Part shown: positions 18,110 to 28,141 of the stretch, one piece after another
How positions within the stretch are numbered: position 1 is the first letter of the stretch
Layout: every line of letters starts with the position of its first letter
NCBI GenBank assembly: GCA_028718605.1
Contig: JAQULM010000001.1
Span: forward strand, 263,422 to 327,421
Reading direction: 5' to 3'
DNA length: 64,000 nt
DNA from: Patescibacteria group bacterium
GTDB lineage: Bacteria > Patescibacteriota > Patescibacteriia > UBA10025 > JAHIVO01
The notes under the pieces: model-generated
Told to the model about the DNA's origin: nothing
The model's input: only the letters and a program-made list of their open reading frames with translations
Databases searched by the model: none
Position numbers and translations under genes: made by a program

Positions 18110-18847
18110 TTAATTGGCCTCTTCGCGAAGAATATCGGCCTCATGGTCTGCAACCTTATGCACTTTGATATCATTGAATACACCGTCCTGCACCACGGCG
18201 ATCGTCCGCAGCTTCACTAACTCGAGTACGGCGAGGAATGTTACGATGATTTCGGTTTTATTCTTCGCAGACTTCAGGAGCTCGTGAAAGCTCACTTCCG
18301 CCCGTTTCTTGATAAGCTGCTGGATGTTCCCGATCCGTTCGCGTATGGAAATCGTTTTAATGATAACCTCCTGCGAAAGGTTCACCCACGGCTCCAGCCC
18401 CACGAGGACGCTCACGAAAAGTTCTTTGAGTCTGTCCGCCGTTACTCCTTGGGGTGGATTGAAAATTTTATCGACACGAACTGCCATTCGCTCGCGGGGA
18501 AACAGGAAATGCCGCTGGTGCACCATTTTATTTAAAACTTTCGATGCCTCGTAAAACTCCCGGTACATCCTGAGCTGCTGCTCGAGGTCAGAGCCGTCCT
18601 CCTCGCCCTCAATCTGCGCATTGGGCAAGAGTATCCGTGATTTGATGAGGAGTAATTTCGCGGCAACAACGAGAAAATCAGCGAGCTCCTCAAGCGGTAT
18701 ATCTTCAGTCTCATTCAGGTACGCGAGGTATTGCTCCGTGACAGCCGCAAGCGACACCGTGCTAATATCCATATCTTCCTGCTCGATGAGCTGCAGCAGC
18801 AGATCGAGCGGGCCTTCAAACTGTTCGAGTTTTATTTTATACGGCAT
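18110..18847 (-). CDS. scpA: Segregation and condensation protein A
   Basis: YKIKLEQFEGPLDLLLQLIEQ N-terminus typical of ScpA. Start at ATG 18847, giving a 1-nt TAATG overlap with the upstream gene. Confidence 0.85.
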   Translation of the reverse strand: MPYKIKLEQFEGPLDLLLQLIEQEDMDISTVSLAAVTEQYLAYLNETEDIPLEELADFLVVAAKLLLIKSRILLPNAQIEGEEDGSDLEQQLRMYREFYEASKVLNKMVHQRHFLFPRERMAVRVDKIFNPPQGVTADRLKELFVSVLVGLEPWVNLSQEVIIKTISIRERIGNIQQLIKKRAEVSFHELLKSAKNKTEIIVTFLAVLELVKLRTIAVVQDGVFNDIKVHKVADHEADILREEAN

Positions 18848-19314
18848 TATGAAACATTCCAGAGAATAAAATTGATCGCGATGAGTACCGTCCAATTCAC
18901 CATGCTGATCCATGAATGGCGCCACCAACTCCACCCGTTGACATGGAAATCTGAAAACGGATACACAATGCGGGTTGCCCACATCCCGCGGTGGGTAGGA
19001 ATATCAAGCAGTATATGGAAAAAATACGGAATACTGAGAAGCCACGCGGATTTAGTAAATATGAAAAGGATGATTGTCGTAATGCTTGCGGGCACGAGGC
19101 TGTGCGTGAAATAATAGATCCGCATGTACCCCGATGTTGGGCTCTTCACGAACCGCTGGCTTGTCATCTCGGAAAAAAAGCGCAAACCGTACCGCACGAT
19201 GCCGTAGAGCACCGGGATCATGTCCGGCAAAGCGCCGGCGATGGCCGCCCAGCCAACCATCGATTTGGCTCGAATGACAGTCGCCCCCCACCCTGCGTGC
19301 GAAACTGTGTCCAT
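18847..19314 (-). CDS. Membrane protein, DUF457-like putative membrane-bound metal-dependent hydrolase
   Basis: 155 aa, multi-TM, with an HILLDIPTH motif. Confidence 0.4.
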   Translation of the reverse strand: MDTVSHAGWGATVIRAKSMVGWAAIAGALPDMIPVLYGIVRYGLRFFSEMTSQRFVKSPTSGYMRIYYFTHSLVPASITTIILFIFTKSAWLLSIPYFFHILLDIPTHRGMWATRIVYPFSDFHVNGWSWWRHSWISMVNWTVLIAINFILWNVS

Positions 19315-19317
19315 GGG

Positions 19318-19785
19318 TTATTTCTTCTTACCAACCGTGCCGGTCGTCGGCTGTTCGGCCTTCTGGTAATCTTTAACTTTCATTTTAAGGCTCTGCGTGA
19401 AGCTTCCTGCGCTGAAAATCGCCTCTTTCGCTTTCAGGAGCGCTTTGTCCATCACGACGCCAATTTTGTGCTGTGAACCAAACGGCGTGATCGCGCCTGG
19501 TTTGACCTTGAACTTCGCCTGCATTTCTTTCTCCTTCGCGATGTCAACCCTTTTCGCCTTGAGGAGCGCTTTCACTTTCTTGAAATCAACCTTGTAGTGC
19601 GCCGGCACGACCACGATAAAGTATTCTTTGTCCGCTTTCACGAGCACTGTTTTCGCGATTTCACTTAATTTACGTTTCATGGTCTGCGCCAGGTCATACG
19701 CGGTAAAAACCGTCTTATGCTCAAGCACGTCGTATTTTACTTTTGCTTTTTTCAGATGGTTGAGAAGCTTTACTGGGATAGCCAT
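19318..19785 (-). CDS. YbaK/ProX-type aminoacyl-tRNA deacylase domain protein
   Basis: 155 aa with YDVLEH ... KTVLVK ... VVVPA ... KVD ... GAITPFG pattern of YbaK/EbsC editing domains. Confidence 0.6.
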   Translation of the reverse strand: MAIPVKLLNHLKKAKVKYDVLEHKTVFTAYDLAQTMKRKLSEIAKTVLVKADKEYFIVVVPAHYKVDFKKVKALLKAKRVDIAKEKEMQAKFKVKPGAITPFGSQHKIGVVMDKALLKAKEAIFSAGSFTQSLKMKVKDYQKAEQPTTGTVGKKK

Positions 19786-19802
19786 ACGTATATCCTTTCA
19801 AA

Positions 19803-20123
19803 TTACTTATTTACTTTTTTTCTTCGCAAACCAAGCGGCAGTTCCTGCTGTTTACCAACGAGTTTCCGTACCGCCCGCCGCCCCGCGATTGTCAGTGTCA
19901 CGTCGTCGATAAACCACTTCTCTGGCGTGCGGCGGCCAAAGCCGACCATCAAGCCTTTGTCGATTAAACGCTCAATGCTCCGCGTAACAATACCCGGCCG
20001 GTCAGCGGGCTTGACTGTCTTTTCCCGTCTTTCATAATACCGAAGGAATGTAGCGCGTCGCGTTTTCCCGCGGTTGCTTGCGGTTGATTTCAAAATAAAT
20101 TTTTGGAGCGTCGATAACTTCAT
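19803..20123 (-). CDS. Small basic protein, possible winged-helix; hypothetical
   Basis: 106 aa. ATGA start/stop overlap with aspS, consistent with translational coupling. Confidence 0.4.
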   Translation of the reverse strand: MKLSTLQKFILKSTASNRGKTRRATFLRYYERREKTVKPADRPGIVTRSIERLIDKGLMVGFGRRTPEKWFIDDVTLTIAGRRAVRKLVGKQQELPLGLRRKKVNK

Positions 20124-21517
20124 TTTTTCGTAACATTCAGCCGTAATTCCTTTAACTGCTGCTCGCTCGCTGCTGACGGGCTGCCCGTCATCGGCTCGCG
20201 ATTATCACCGGTCTTAGGGAACGCAACGACTTCGCGGATATTCGGCGCGCGCAGGAGGATTGCCAACAGCCGGTCGATGCCGCACGCAATGCCGCCATGC
20301 GGCGGCACGCCGTACTCAAACGCCTCCATCATATGGCCAAACTGCGTTTTGGCCTCCTCTTTCGTCACGCCGACCAACTCCAGCACTTTTTCCAATACTT
20401 TCGGGTCGGTGCTGCGAATACTGCCTCCCGCAATTTCATTGCCGTTCAACGCGATGTCGTGCTGCCACGAGCGCACCCTGCCTGGGTCAGTCTCGAGCAG
20501 CGCGACGTCATCCGAATGTGGTGCGGTAAATATATGGTGGTTCGCGACGTACTTGCCGTCTTTCTTCTCTGCCTCGAAAAACGGCCAGTCAACGATGAAC
20601 ACGAACGCGAGCTCATTGGGATCGTTTTTATCCTTACGCAAATCGGGCTTGTCGTTTCCGTACTTCTTCATCGCTTCGGCGTACGGTATGCGCGGCCACG
20701 GGCTGAACGTAATTTTTTTCTCTGGGAACAATTCCTTGACCATCGCCGCGTACAGACGTTCAATCAAATCCAACACGTCGGCTTGTTCAACAAACGACAT
20801 TTCCAGGTCCAACTGGAAAAACTGGTCCGGCGCGCGGTCAGCGCGCGCATCCTCGTCACGGAAGCACGGCGCGATCTGGAAATACTTGTCAAAGCCGGCA
20901 ATCATCAAGAGCTGCTTGTACTGCTGCGGCGACTGCGGCAATGCGTAGAACTTGCCCGGATACTGGCGCGACGGCACGAGATAGTCGCGTGCGCCCTCGG
21001 GCGTTGACTTCGCGAGTATAGGCGTCTCTATTTCAATAAAGCCTTCTTTATGCAAAAAATCGCGGATGTATTTCACCAGTTTCGAACGGATAATAATCGA
21101 ACGCTGATTCCTCGCGCGGCGCAAATCCAAATACCGGTATTTGAAGCGCAGTTCCTCCCCGACTTCCTCTTTTTCCGTTTCAACAATCTCAAACGGCGGC
21201 GTCTTGGATTCGGCAAGGATTTTCAAGCCCTCTGCCTGAATTTCAACAGTACCGGTTGGCATCTCCTTGTTAACCAGTTTTTCGGGCCGCTGCGCAACTG
21301 TTCCGACGATTTCAACGACAAACTCCGGCCGCAGCTTTTTCGCGGTCTCCAAAACATCCTTCTTGTCAGGAGTAAAAACAACCTGAACAATACCACTAAC
21401 GTCTCGCAATTCGACAAACACCATCTTCCCGAGCCGCCGGGTCACATGGACCCAACCGTTAAGGCGGACTTTCTTACCGATATGGCTAATAACTTCTTTC
21501 GTTAATAAACGTTCCAT
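20120..21517 (-). CDS. aspS: Aspartyl-tRNA synthetase, short form lacking the GAD insertion
   Basis: OB-fold N-domain, class II motifs (FRDEDARADRAPDQFFQLDLEMSF; GGIACGIDRLLAIL). About 465 aa. Start at ATG 21517; the track ORF begins at TTG 21535. Confidence 0.9.
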   Translation of the reverse strand: MERLLTKEVISHIGKKVRLNGWVHVTRRLGKMVFVELRDVSGIVQVVFTPDKKDVLETAKKLRPEFVVEIVGTVAQRPEKLVNKEMPTGTVEIQAEGLKILAESKTPPFEIVETEKEEVGEELRFKYRYLDLRRARNQRSIIIRSKLVKYIRDFLHKEGFIEIETPILAKSTPEGARDYLVPSRQYPGKFYALPQSPQQYKQLLMIAGFDKYFQIAPCFRDEDARADRAPDQFFQLDLEMSFVEQADVLDLIERLYAAMVKELFPEKKITFSPWPRIPYAEAMKKYGNDKPDLRKDKNDPNELAFVFIVDWPFFEAEKKDGKYVANHHIFTAPHSDDVALLETDPGRVRSWQHDIALNGNEIAGGSIRSTDPKVLEKVLELVGVTKEEAKTQFGHMMEAFEYGVPPHGGIACGIDRLLAILLRAPNIREVVAFPKTGDNREPMTGSPSAASEQQLKELRLNVTKK

Positions 21518-21524
21518 GGAACAA

Positions 21525-22514
21525 TTATTGAACAAATTTAAAAGTGTTAATTATACCTTGCTCTGTTGGGGTAGGTGATGCCGTATCACCAGTTTCTATG
21601 CTATAAATGTAACCTTGATTTTGTAAAAAAATTATATACGTCTCAGATTCTCCTAAACACCCGCCTTGAAAACCTTGTACATTATCAACCATGATGATAG
21701 TTGGTTGAAATTCGACACAGTACCCAAGAGTTTTTTGATTTATCCAGTCTTCAAAACTTAATCGCTCAGTAGAATTATTTGGCAACTCTGATGCAGATTT
21801 ATAGACTTTAACCATCACATCAAAAATTCTAACAATTTGTTTAGCATTCATTCTTTCTTGTCGGTCAGGTGACAAGATATATAAACTTCCATCATTGATG
21901 TAATCCAAATTTACTATCCAGTTTGAGGGATATTTAATGGAATATCTCAGTGTATCATTCGTATACGTCTCCCAGCTGGTAGTATCGATGGCCGCAGTGT
22001 TCGTATTCGTGCTGGTATTCACGTTGGAATTTGTGTCCGGCGCAGCCGCGGGACCGATATCGATATTCCAAACCTGCTTATTTGCAAGTGATGTGCCGTC
22101 GGTTGCTTCCAGTGACGTTTCTACCACTACGGTGCACCTCTGGGCCGCCGTGCGGGGCGTGTCGAGTGTAAAAGTAACAACCTTTTTCGACGCATCAAGC
22201 GCGAGCGTACCGGGTATCTTGTCCTCAATTCCCTGCAAGACATAGAATGAACCATCGGTAAGCGTCGTTTGGTCTATAGGTTTTGAAAAACCTACCGTTA
22301 CCGTATCGAGTGAGCTAACGGTGCTATCTTTTGCTGGGATGAAGCTCGTGGCTACTAATGCAGCTGCGTTTGTATTCGCAACGGTATTTGTATTTTCCGC
22401 GGCCTCTTTATTGTTTGTCGCCTTATCGTAAAAAGCTACGCCGACAAGAGCAACTGCCAGGACGGAGATTACGATAGCGATGATGATCGGCGACCAGCCT
22501 TTTTGAATAATCAT
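21525..22514 (-). CDS. Membrane-anchored secreted protein, hypothetical (N-TM, Thr/Asn-rich linker, beta-rich domain)
   Basis: 329 aa. C-terminus GIINTFKFVQ resembles the C-terminus of the next gene. Confidence 0.5.
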   Translation of the reverse strand: MIIQKGWSPIIIAIVISVLAVALVGVAFYDKATNNKEAAENTNTVANTNAAALVATSFIPAKDSTVSSLDTVTVGFSKPIDQTTLTDGSFYVLQGIEDKIPGTLALDASKKVVTFTLDTPRTAAQRCTVVVETSLEATDGTSLANKQVWNIDIGPAAAPDTNSNVNTSTNTNTAAIDTTSWETYTNDTLRYSIKYPSNWIVNLDYINDGSLYILSPDRQERMNAKQIVRIFDVMVKVYKSASELPNNSTERLSFEDWINQKTLGYCVEFQPTIIMVDNVQGFQGGCLGESETYIIFLQNQGYIYSIETGDTASPTPTEQGIINTFKFVQ

Positions 22515-22523
22515 TGCAATAGC

Positions 22524-23129
22524 TTATTTAACAAATCGAAACGTCGTGAGTACTTCCGCAGTGGTTGTCGTAAACGGTACCTCAAATAAATTCCCCTTGC
22601 CCAGGAAGAATATGTGGTCGTTGGAAGCAGTGCCTGCCTGTAGGCGGTATATGATCGCATCCGCCGTATCGACCTTCTCGGTGTACGACTGGTAAATCCC
22701 GGGGTGGATGCCTGTCAACCGCTCATACGCCTCCCCGATTTCCTCATCCTCATTAATCCCGAAATACCGTATTGAAAAGGCTTCCATGTTATCCTGGCGG
22801 GTAAAAACGACCATCGATCCCGTCGTCGAGCCATAGGTGATTGAATCTTCCGAAACGGAATACTCGGCAGGATACTGCACGGTGAAAAAACCGGGCTGCT
22901 CATACTGGGACCATGCTGCACTATTGACGGTGCTCGGAATTTTCACGACCTCACCGCGCTGGAACACGCGTACGATGAGGATATTCGACGTCGGGGTCGG
23001 GTTCTCTATCCAGAAAAAATAGAGGATATAAAAAACGAAAAACACGATGACCACCTCCATGAGAATGATGGATATCCCCCAAAATGTCGTTACTCCGGCT
23101 TGGTTGCGTATGCTCATTTCGTTCCGCAT
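22524..23129 (-). CDS. Membrane-anchored protein, hypothetical; paralog-like of 21525..22514 (C-terminal domain)
   Basis: 201 aa with N-TM. Ends ... IFFLGKGNLFEVPFTTTTAEVLTTFRFVK; compare ... IIFLQNQGYIYSIE ... GIINTFKFVQ. Confidence 0.45.
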   Translation of the reverse strand: MRNEMSIRNQAGVTTFWGISIILMEVVIVFFVFYILYFFWIENPTPTSNILIVRVFQRGEVVKIPSTVNSAAWSQYEQPGFFTVQYPAEYSVSEDSITYGSTTGSMVVFTRQDNMEAFSIRYFGINEDEEIGEAYERLTGIHPGIYQSYTEKVDTADAIIYRLQAGTASNDHIFFLGKGNLFEVPFTTTTAEVLTTFRFVK

Positions 23130-23527
23130 AAATTTTTAGTTGCAGTGCAGTCACGGCCTTGCGCATCCATCCAATACCGGCCGCAGTCCGGCGCTGTTTG
23201 GTCGAGCGTCGCGTATCCGCACCACTTCAAGAAATCGCCATTCTTATCCAGGATAACCTCTCCAACGCCAATACAATTGCTCTGCAATATATATGTCCCG
23301 CCACACTGGTACGCCCGCGCGACGAGACACTGCTCCGGAAACCGCGAGTGTGCCGTGCCGCAGAAGCTGATCGCAGCCGTTTCCCCGCTCCGTTCCATCG
23401 CCGCCGCATGTTTCCGCTGATTTACCGTGATTGAAATCGCATTCAGCAAAACAACTGACAGTGCGAGAAGCCCGAAGAGGATGATCGATACCGCTTGTAC
23501 TCCGCGTCTATCGCGTATAAATCGCAT
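23114..23527 (-). CDS. Secreted cysteine-rich small protein, hypothetical
   Basis: 137 aa with a signal/TM segment and at least 9 Cys in the mature part. Confidence 0.4.
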   Translation of the reverse strand: MRFIRDRRGVQAVSIILFGLLALSVVLLNAISITVNQRKHAAAMERSGETAAISFCGTAHSRFPEQCLVARAYQCGGTYILQSNCIGVGEVILDKNGDFLKWCGYATLDQTAPDCGRYWMDAQGRDCTATKNLCGTK

Positions 23528-23531
23528 ATTG

Positions 23532-24833
23532 TTACGGCCGCAGCCTGTTAATCATTCGCGGGAACGGGATTGTTTCGCGCACATGGTCAAGTCCGCACAG
23601 CCAGGCGACGGTGCGCTCCAGCCCGATGCCGAATCCTGAATGAGGGACAGAGCCGTACCGCCGCAGGTCAAGGTACCACTCGAAGTCTTCACGCTTCAGT
23701 CTACTCTCCTTGATGCGTGCCTCAAGTAATGCAAAATCGTCAATGCGCTGTGATCCGCCGATCACCTCTCCGTACCCCTCAGGGGCAAGCATGTCCGCGC
23801 ACAGCGCGAGTTTCTCGTCTTCCGGATCGGGTTTCATATAAAACGCCTTAATCGCCGCGGGATACCTGGTAATGAAAATCGGGCGGTCATGTGCTTTCGT
23901 TATTAAGGTCTCGTCGTCGTTGCCGAGGTCAGTGCCCCACTCGATGTCCGAGCCAAGCTTCTTCAATTCTCCGAGCGCTTCTTCGTACGTCATCCGGATG
24001 AACGGCGCTTGTACCTTTTGAAGCGGAGCGATGTCCCGCTTGAGCAGCGCAAGGTCAGCTTCCCGCTCAGCGAGAACCCTGCGAATAACATACACAATCA
24101 TCCGCTCCTGCAGGTCGATGCTTGCGTCCAAGTCATAGAACGCCATCTCCGCATCCAGCATCCAGAATTCGGTCAGGTGGCGCCGGGTCTTGGACTTCTC
24201 TGCGCGGAACGTCGGGCCGAAATCGTACACTTTTCCGAGTGCCATGCACAGCGCCTCAAGATACAGCTGGCCGGACTGGGATAAATACGCTTTTTCGTCG
24301 AAGTAATTCGTTTCAAACAATGTCGTGGTGCCCTCACACGACGTCGGTGTCAGGATCGGCGTATCGGTCATCACAAAGCCTTCATTGCGGAAAAACTCAC
24401 GGAGCGCCCAGATGATGCTGTCCCTGACGCGCATGATTGCAGCCTGCCGCGCTGAACGGAGCCACAGGTGCCGGTTATTCAGGAGAAAATCAGGACCATG
24501 TTCTTTCTTGCCGATGGGATACTCGCCTGCCCGATGGACGAGCTTCAAATCGCTCACTTCGAGCTCAAATCCGCCGGGGGCACGCGGTTCAGCTTTAACC
24601 TTCCCAACGACTTGTAATGATGATTCAATCGTCAATAATTCGGCGGTTTGCCAATAGCTAACCTCTTTATTCGCAACTGCCATTGTCACGACTGCCTGTA
24701 AAATACCCGCTGAACCGTCCCGCAGCTGCAGAAAAACAATCTTGCCGCTGGAACGCACGTTAGCAACCCAGCCCTGGATCGTTACCTGTTTACCGACGTG
24801 CCTTGATATATCCGAAATTCGTACTATTTGCAT
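23532..24833 (-). CDS. asnS: Asparaginyl-tRNA synthetase
   Basis: AsnRS N-terminal OB domain plus class IIb catalytic motifs ([21 protein letters not shown]; [10 protein letters not shown]). Confidence 0.9.
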   Translation of the reverse strand: MQIVRISDISRHVGKQVTIQGWVANVRSSGKIVFLQLRDGSAGILQAVVTMAVANKEVSYWQTAELLTIESSLQVVGKVKAEPRAPGGFELEVSDLKLVHRAGEYPIGKKEHGPDFLLNNRHLWLRSARQAAIMRVRDSIIWALREFFRNEGFVMTDTPILTPTSCEGTTTLFETNYFDEKAYLSQSGQLYLEALCMALGKVYDFGPTFRAEKSKTRRHLTEFWMLDAEMAFYDLDASIDLQERMIVYVIRRVLAEREADLALLKRDIAPLQKVQAPFIRMTYEEALGELKKLGSDIEWGTDLGNDDETLITKAHDRPIFITRYPAAIKAFYMKPDPEDEKLALCADMLAPEGYGEVIGGSQRIDDFALLEARIKESRLKREDFEWYLDLRRYGSVPHSGFGIGLERTVAWLCGLDHVRETIPFPRMINRLRP

Positions 24834-24961
24834 ATGGATATGCCCATATTATACTGTTTTTTTGTGTTTTTGCAAATAAATAATTAGTGCTAAAAAACGC
24901 TTCCAGCCTGTTACCTGACGCCGACGAATGTCAAATTTATAGCCAATAAAAACTCTTTATA

Positions 24962-27652
24962 TCAAGCCACTCTACGTCTCAACATCCTCTTGTTCCAAAC
25001 TATAAAAAACCATTTAATGATCTCGATCACAAATACTGAAGCAACACCGACTGTCAGTACGATCACCCAGTCAAATAAATTCAAGGGGACGCCATGAAAT
25101 ATCTTCTGGAAAAATGGAACATACACGGCTACCAGCTGTAATCCGAAACCCATCATAACAGCAAACAACAAGTACTTATTTAAAAACGTCTCGCGATGCC
25201 AGATCGAATAGCGCATACTCCTACATGAAAAAACATAAAGTAAAGAATCAATCGCCACCGCAACAAACGTCATTGTACGTGCTTTTTCGATGTCACCAGT
25301 AGCCTTTAAGGTAAAATAGTAGATACATAAAGCCATAACGCCTGTTAATAAACTTACAATACCGATGATAAGTTTCATTTCCGTATCAACCATCTTTGCC
25401 TTTGGAGAAACCGGCTGCTGCTGCATGATGTCCTTTTCTCCCGGCTCCAAGGTCAGAGCAATGTTCGGAAAACCGTCAGTGATTAAATTGATCCATAGTA
25501 TTTGGGCCGCCAACAGCGGGAGCTCCCACCTAAACAAGATAGCCAATGAAATTATGACCATCTCTGTAAAACTATCGGACATAAGATAGAGAATGACTTT
25601 CTTAATATTTTCATAGATTGTCCTGCCTTCCTGAACTGAATAGACGATTGTTTTAAAATTATTATCGAGAAGCACAATATCAGCTGTTTCTTTCGCAACG
25701 TCAGTGCCCGATCCAAGCGCGACGCCGATATCGGCCGACTTAAGTGCGGGGGCGTCATTTACCCCATCGCCAGTCATAGCAACAACCTGTCCACGCGACT
25801 GCCAGGCATCAATGATCCGCAGTTTGTCATTGGGATTAACGCGGGCGTAAACGGAAATTTCTGCAATTCGCTCTTTTAACTCCTTTTCGTTTAACCGCTC
25901 CAGCTCCTTTCCTTCGATTATATTCCTATCTTCATGGGGTAAGTTCAGCTCGGCGGCGATCGCCTTTGCCGTCAGACGATGGTCACCCGTTATCATAACT
26001 GGATGAATTCCAGCCTCCAAGCAGCGTTCAATTGTTTCTCTGGCCTCTTTCCTGAGCGGATCTTTGATCCCGGCAAAGCCAACAAAAACGAGGTCTTGGA
26101 GTACATCAGTCCTCTCCTGAATGTTTTGGAATCCCGCGTCAACCTTCTTGAAGCCCAACGCTAGAATACGCAGACCCTCAGCACTTAGTTTTTCGTATTC
26201 TCGCTTGAGAGCTTCGCGTTTTTTCGAATCGAGCTGAATAATTTTTCCGTCCAAATCAATTTTTGTCGCGGCCCGCAATAATATTTCTGGAGCGCCTTTA
26301 TAGTACAAAATACGCTCCTGAGCCCTATTTTCATGGAGTGTCGCCATGTATTTCCTGGCTGAAGAAAACGGAATCACCTCCCGACGAGGATTTTCCCTCC
26401 GCATTTTACGGATATTAATACCTGCCTGCGAAGCGAGGAGCACGAGGGCCTTCTCAGTCGGCAAGCCGATGATGTTCCGGTGCTCAAGCGCCTCGTCAGG
26501 ATTCTCGATAAAAGCATCAGAGGCCAAAACGCCTATTATGAGGGCAAAAAAGTAGCTTTTCGCCGCTTCACCCGACAAATCGCTGATCGAGGCGCGAACT
26601 GTATCCAGATTGTTTGCGTGGGTTATTATTCGAACAACACGCATTTCCCCTTCTGTCAGCGTTCCGGTCTTGTCCGTACAAATTACCGTGGTGGAACCTA
26701 ATGTTTCGGCAGCAACAAGTTTACGGACCAGCGACTTCTGCTTCAGAATACGCTGCATGCCAATTGCTAAAATTACCGTAACGACTACTACGAGACCTTC
26801 CGGAACAGCCGCAACGGCAAGTGCTACTGCTGTCATGAACATTTCTTCAAAACTATACCCTAATAAAATCCCAGCAACGAAAATTACAGCAGCGATCCCT
26901 ACAATAACCAGACCCAGAACCTTTGCAAATGATCCCAATTTCTTTTGCAAGGGCGTATCCTCTTCTTTCATGGTCCTTATCAGTTCTGCAATATGACCCA
27001 GCTGCGTCTCCTTACCTATCGCCACAACGATCCCCAATCCGGTTCCGGCTACGATAGTAGTTCCCATGAACGCCATATTCCTCTGCTCAGCTAAAACAAC
27101 CGCGTTCGGAAGCACCTCAGCTGTCTTACGCACTGGCACTGATTCGCCAGTTAAACTTGCTTCATCAATTCGCAAGTCATCAGCTGTAACAATCCTGATA
27201 TCGGCCGGCACTTTATTACCCGATCTTAGAAAAACAATATCCCCCGGAACTAATTCTTTCGCTTCAACTTTCCTTTCTTGGCCCTCGCGCCGAACTTCAG
27301 CATATTGGGTGACGACATTCCGCAGCTTCTCGAGTGATTTCTGTGCACGGAATTCCTGGATAAAACCAACGACGACATTCAAAACCACGGCGGCGAGAAT
27401 GACCCACGCATCAATTATATCCTGGAGCAAAAAGCTAATCGCTGCAGCAACGAGCAGGATGTAAATTAAAATGCTCCGGAATTGGCTGGCCAGAAGTTTC
27501 AACGCCGAGAAAGACTTTTCTCGCGGAAGTTCATTGTTTCCGTGCTCCCTCGCTCGGCGGGCCGCCTGCTGAGCAGACAAACCATCTGAAATAACGACAC
27601 CGGTTACTTCGGCGACGCGGCTCACTGATTGGGCATAGTAGTACTTGCTCAT
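24962..27652 (-). CDS. P-type cation-transporting ATPase (P2-type, Ca2+/Mg2+-ATPase-like)
   Basis: 896 aa with TGES, ICTDKTGTLT and TGDGVNDAPALKSADIGVALG motifs and 10 TMs. Confidence 0.9.
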   Translation of the reverse strand: MSKYYYAQSVSRVAEVTGVVISDGLSAQQAARRAREHGNNELPREKSFSALKLLASQFRSILIYILLVAAAISFLLQDIIDAWVILAAVVLNVVVGFIQEFRAQKSLEKLRNVVTQYAEVRREGQERKVEAKELVPGDIVFLRSGNKVPADIRIVTADDLRIDEASLTGESVPVRKTAEVLPNAVVLAEQRNMAFMGTTIVAGTGLGIVVAIGKETQLGHIAELIRTMKEEDTPLQKKLGSFAKVLGLVIVGIAAVIFVAGILLGYSFEEMFMTAVALAVAAVPEGLVVVVTVILAIGMQRILKQKSLVRKLVAAETLGSTTVICTDKTGTLTEGEMRVVRIITHANNLDTVRASISDLSGEAAKSYFFALIIGVLASDAFIENPDEALEHRNIIGLPTEKALVLLASQAGINIRKMRRENPRREVIPFSSARKYMATLHENRAQERILYYKGAPEILLRAATKIDLDGKIIQLDSKKREALKREYEKLSAEGLRILALGFKKVDAGFQNIQERTDVLQDLVFVGFAGIKDPLRKEARETIERCLEAGIHPVMITGDHRLTAKAIAAELNLPHEDRNIIEGKELERLNEKELKERIAEISVYARVNPNDKLRIIDAWQSRGQVVAMTGDGVNDAPALKSADIGVALGSGTDVAKETADIVLLDNNFKTIVYSVQEGRTIYENIKKVILYLMSDSFTEMVIISLAILFRWELPLLAAQILWINLITDGFPNIALTLEPGEKDIMQQQPVSPKAKMVDTEMKLIIGIVSLLTGVMALCIYYFTLKATGDIEKARTMTFVAVAIDSLLYVFSCRSMRYSIWHRETFLNKYLLFAVMMGFGLQLVAVYVPFFQKIFHGVPLNLFDWVIVLTVGVASVFVIEIIKWFFIVWNKRMLRRRVA

Positions 27653-27784
27653 AGGTTGGTATCCCTAGTCTACCACAAATTTTCCCAAGCAAAAACGGCT
27701 GCATACTTCATACAGCCGCCTTGCTTTGGATATTGGAATATATCCGAATATATTCGGTGTCAAAATGAATAAATCTTCCCATTA

Positions 27785-28141
27785 CTAGGCACCGGTAACA
27801 TCACCAGTCTGGTTGACAACGAAGATGACAATTGCCCATGCGAGCAATACGACGATTAAACCGATAACTGCCGAAGTGATAATTTTCTTCGCGGTTGAAA
27901 CCCGATCTTCGTTTCCTGCAGCGGTCATCCACATGAAACCACCATAGAGTATAAAGATGACAGCGATCAATCCCAGGAATCCCAGAATCCATTGAATGAT
28001 GTTAATCACGGTTGATTCAAGGTCAGCGCTTCCAAGGCCAAAGGTGGTGCCCAATTCTTCGTCAATATTGACCTGTGCTGCGGCGACCATCGGAAGAGCA
28101 AACATCGAGAGAGTAGCGATACCAATATATACTTTTTTCAT
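27785..28141 (-). CDS. T4SS-pilin-like (VirB2/TrbC topology) small membrane protein, paralog 2
   Basis: 118 aa with the same architecture and motifs as 2486..2845 (AAQVN ... LGxGSADLES ... QWILGFLGLIAVI ... YGGF ... GNEDR ... AKKII ... AVIGLIVVLLAWAIV). GGGGGTGA Shine-Dalgarno. Confidence 0.6.
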   Translation of the reverse strand: MKKVYIGIATLSMFALPMVAAAQVNIDEELGTTFGLGSADLESTVINIIQWILGFLGLIAVIFILYGGFMWMTAAGNEDRVSTAKKIITSAVIGLIVVLLAWAIVIFVVNQTGDVTGA

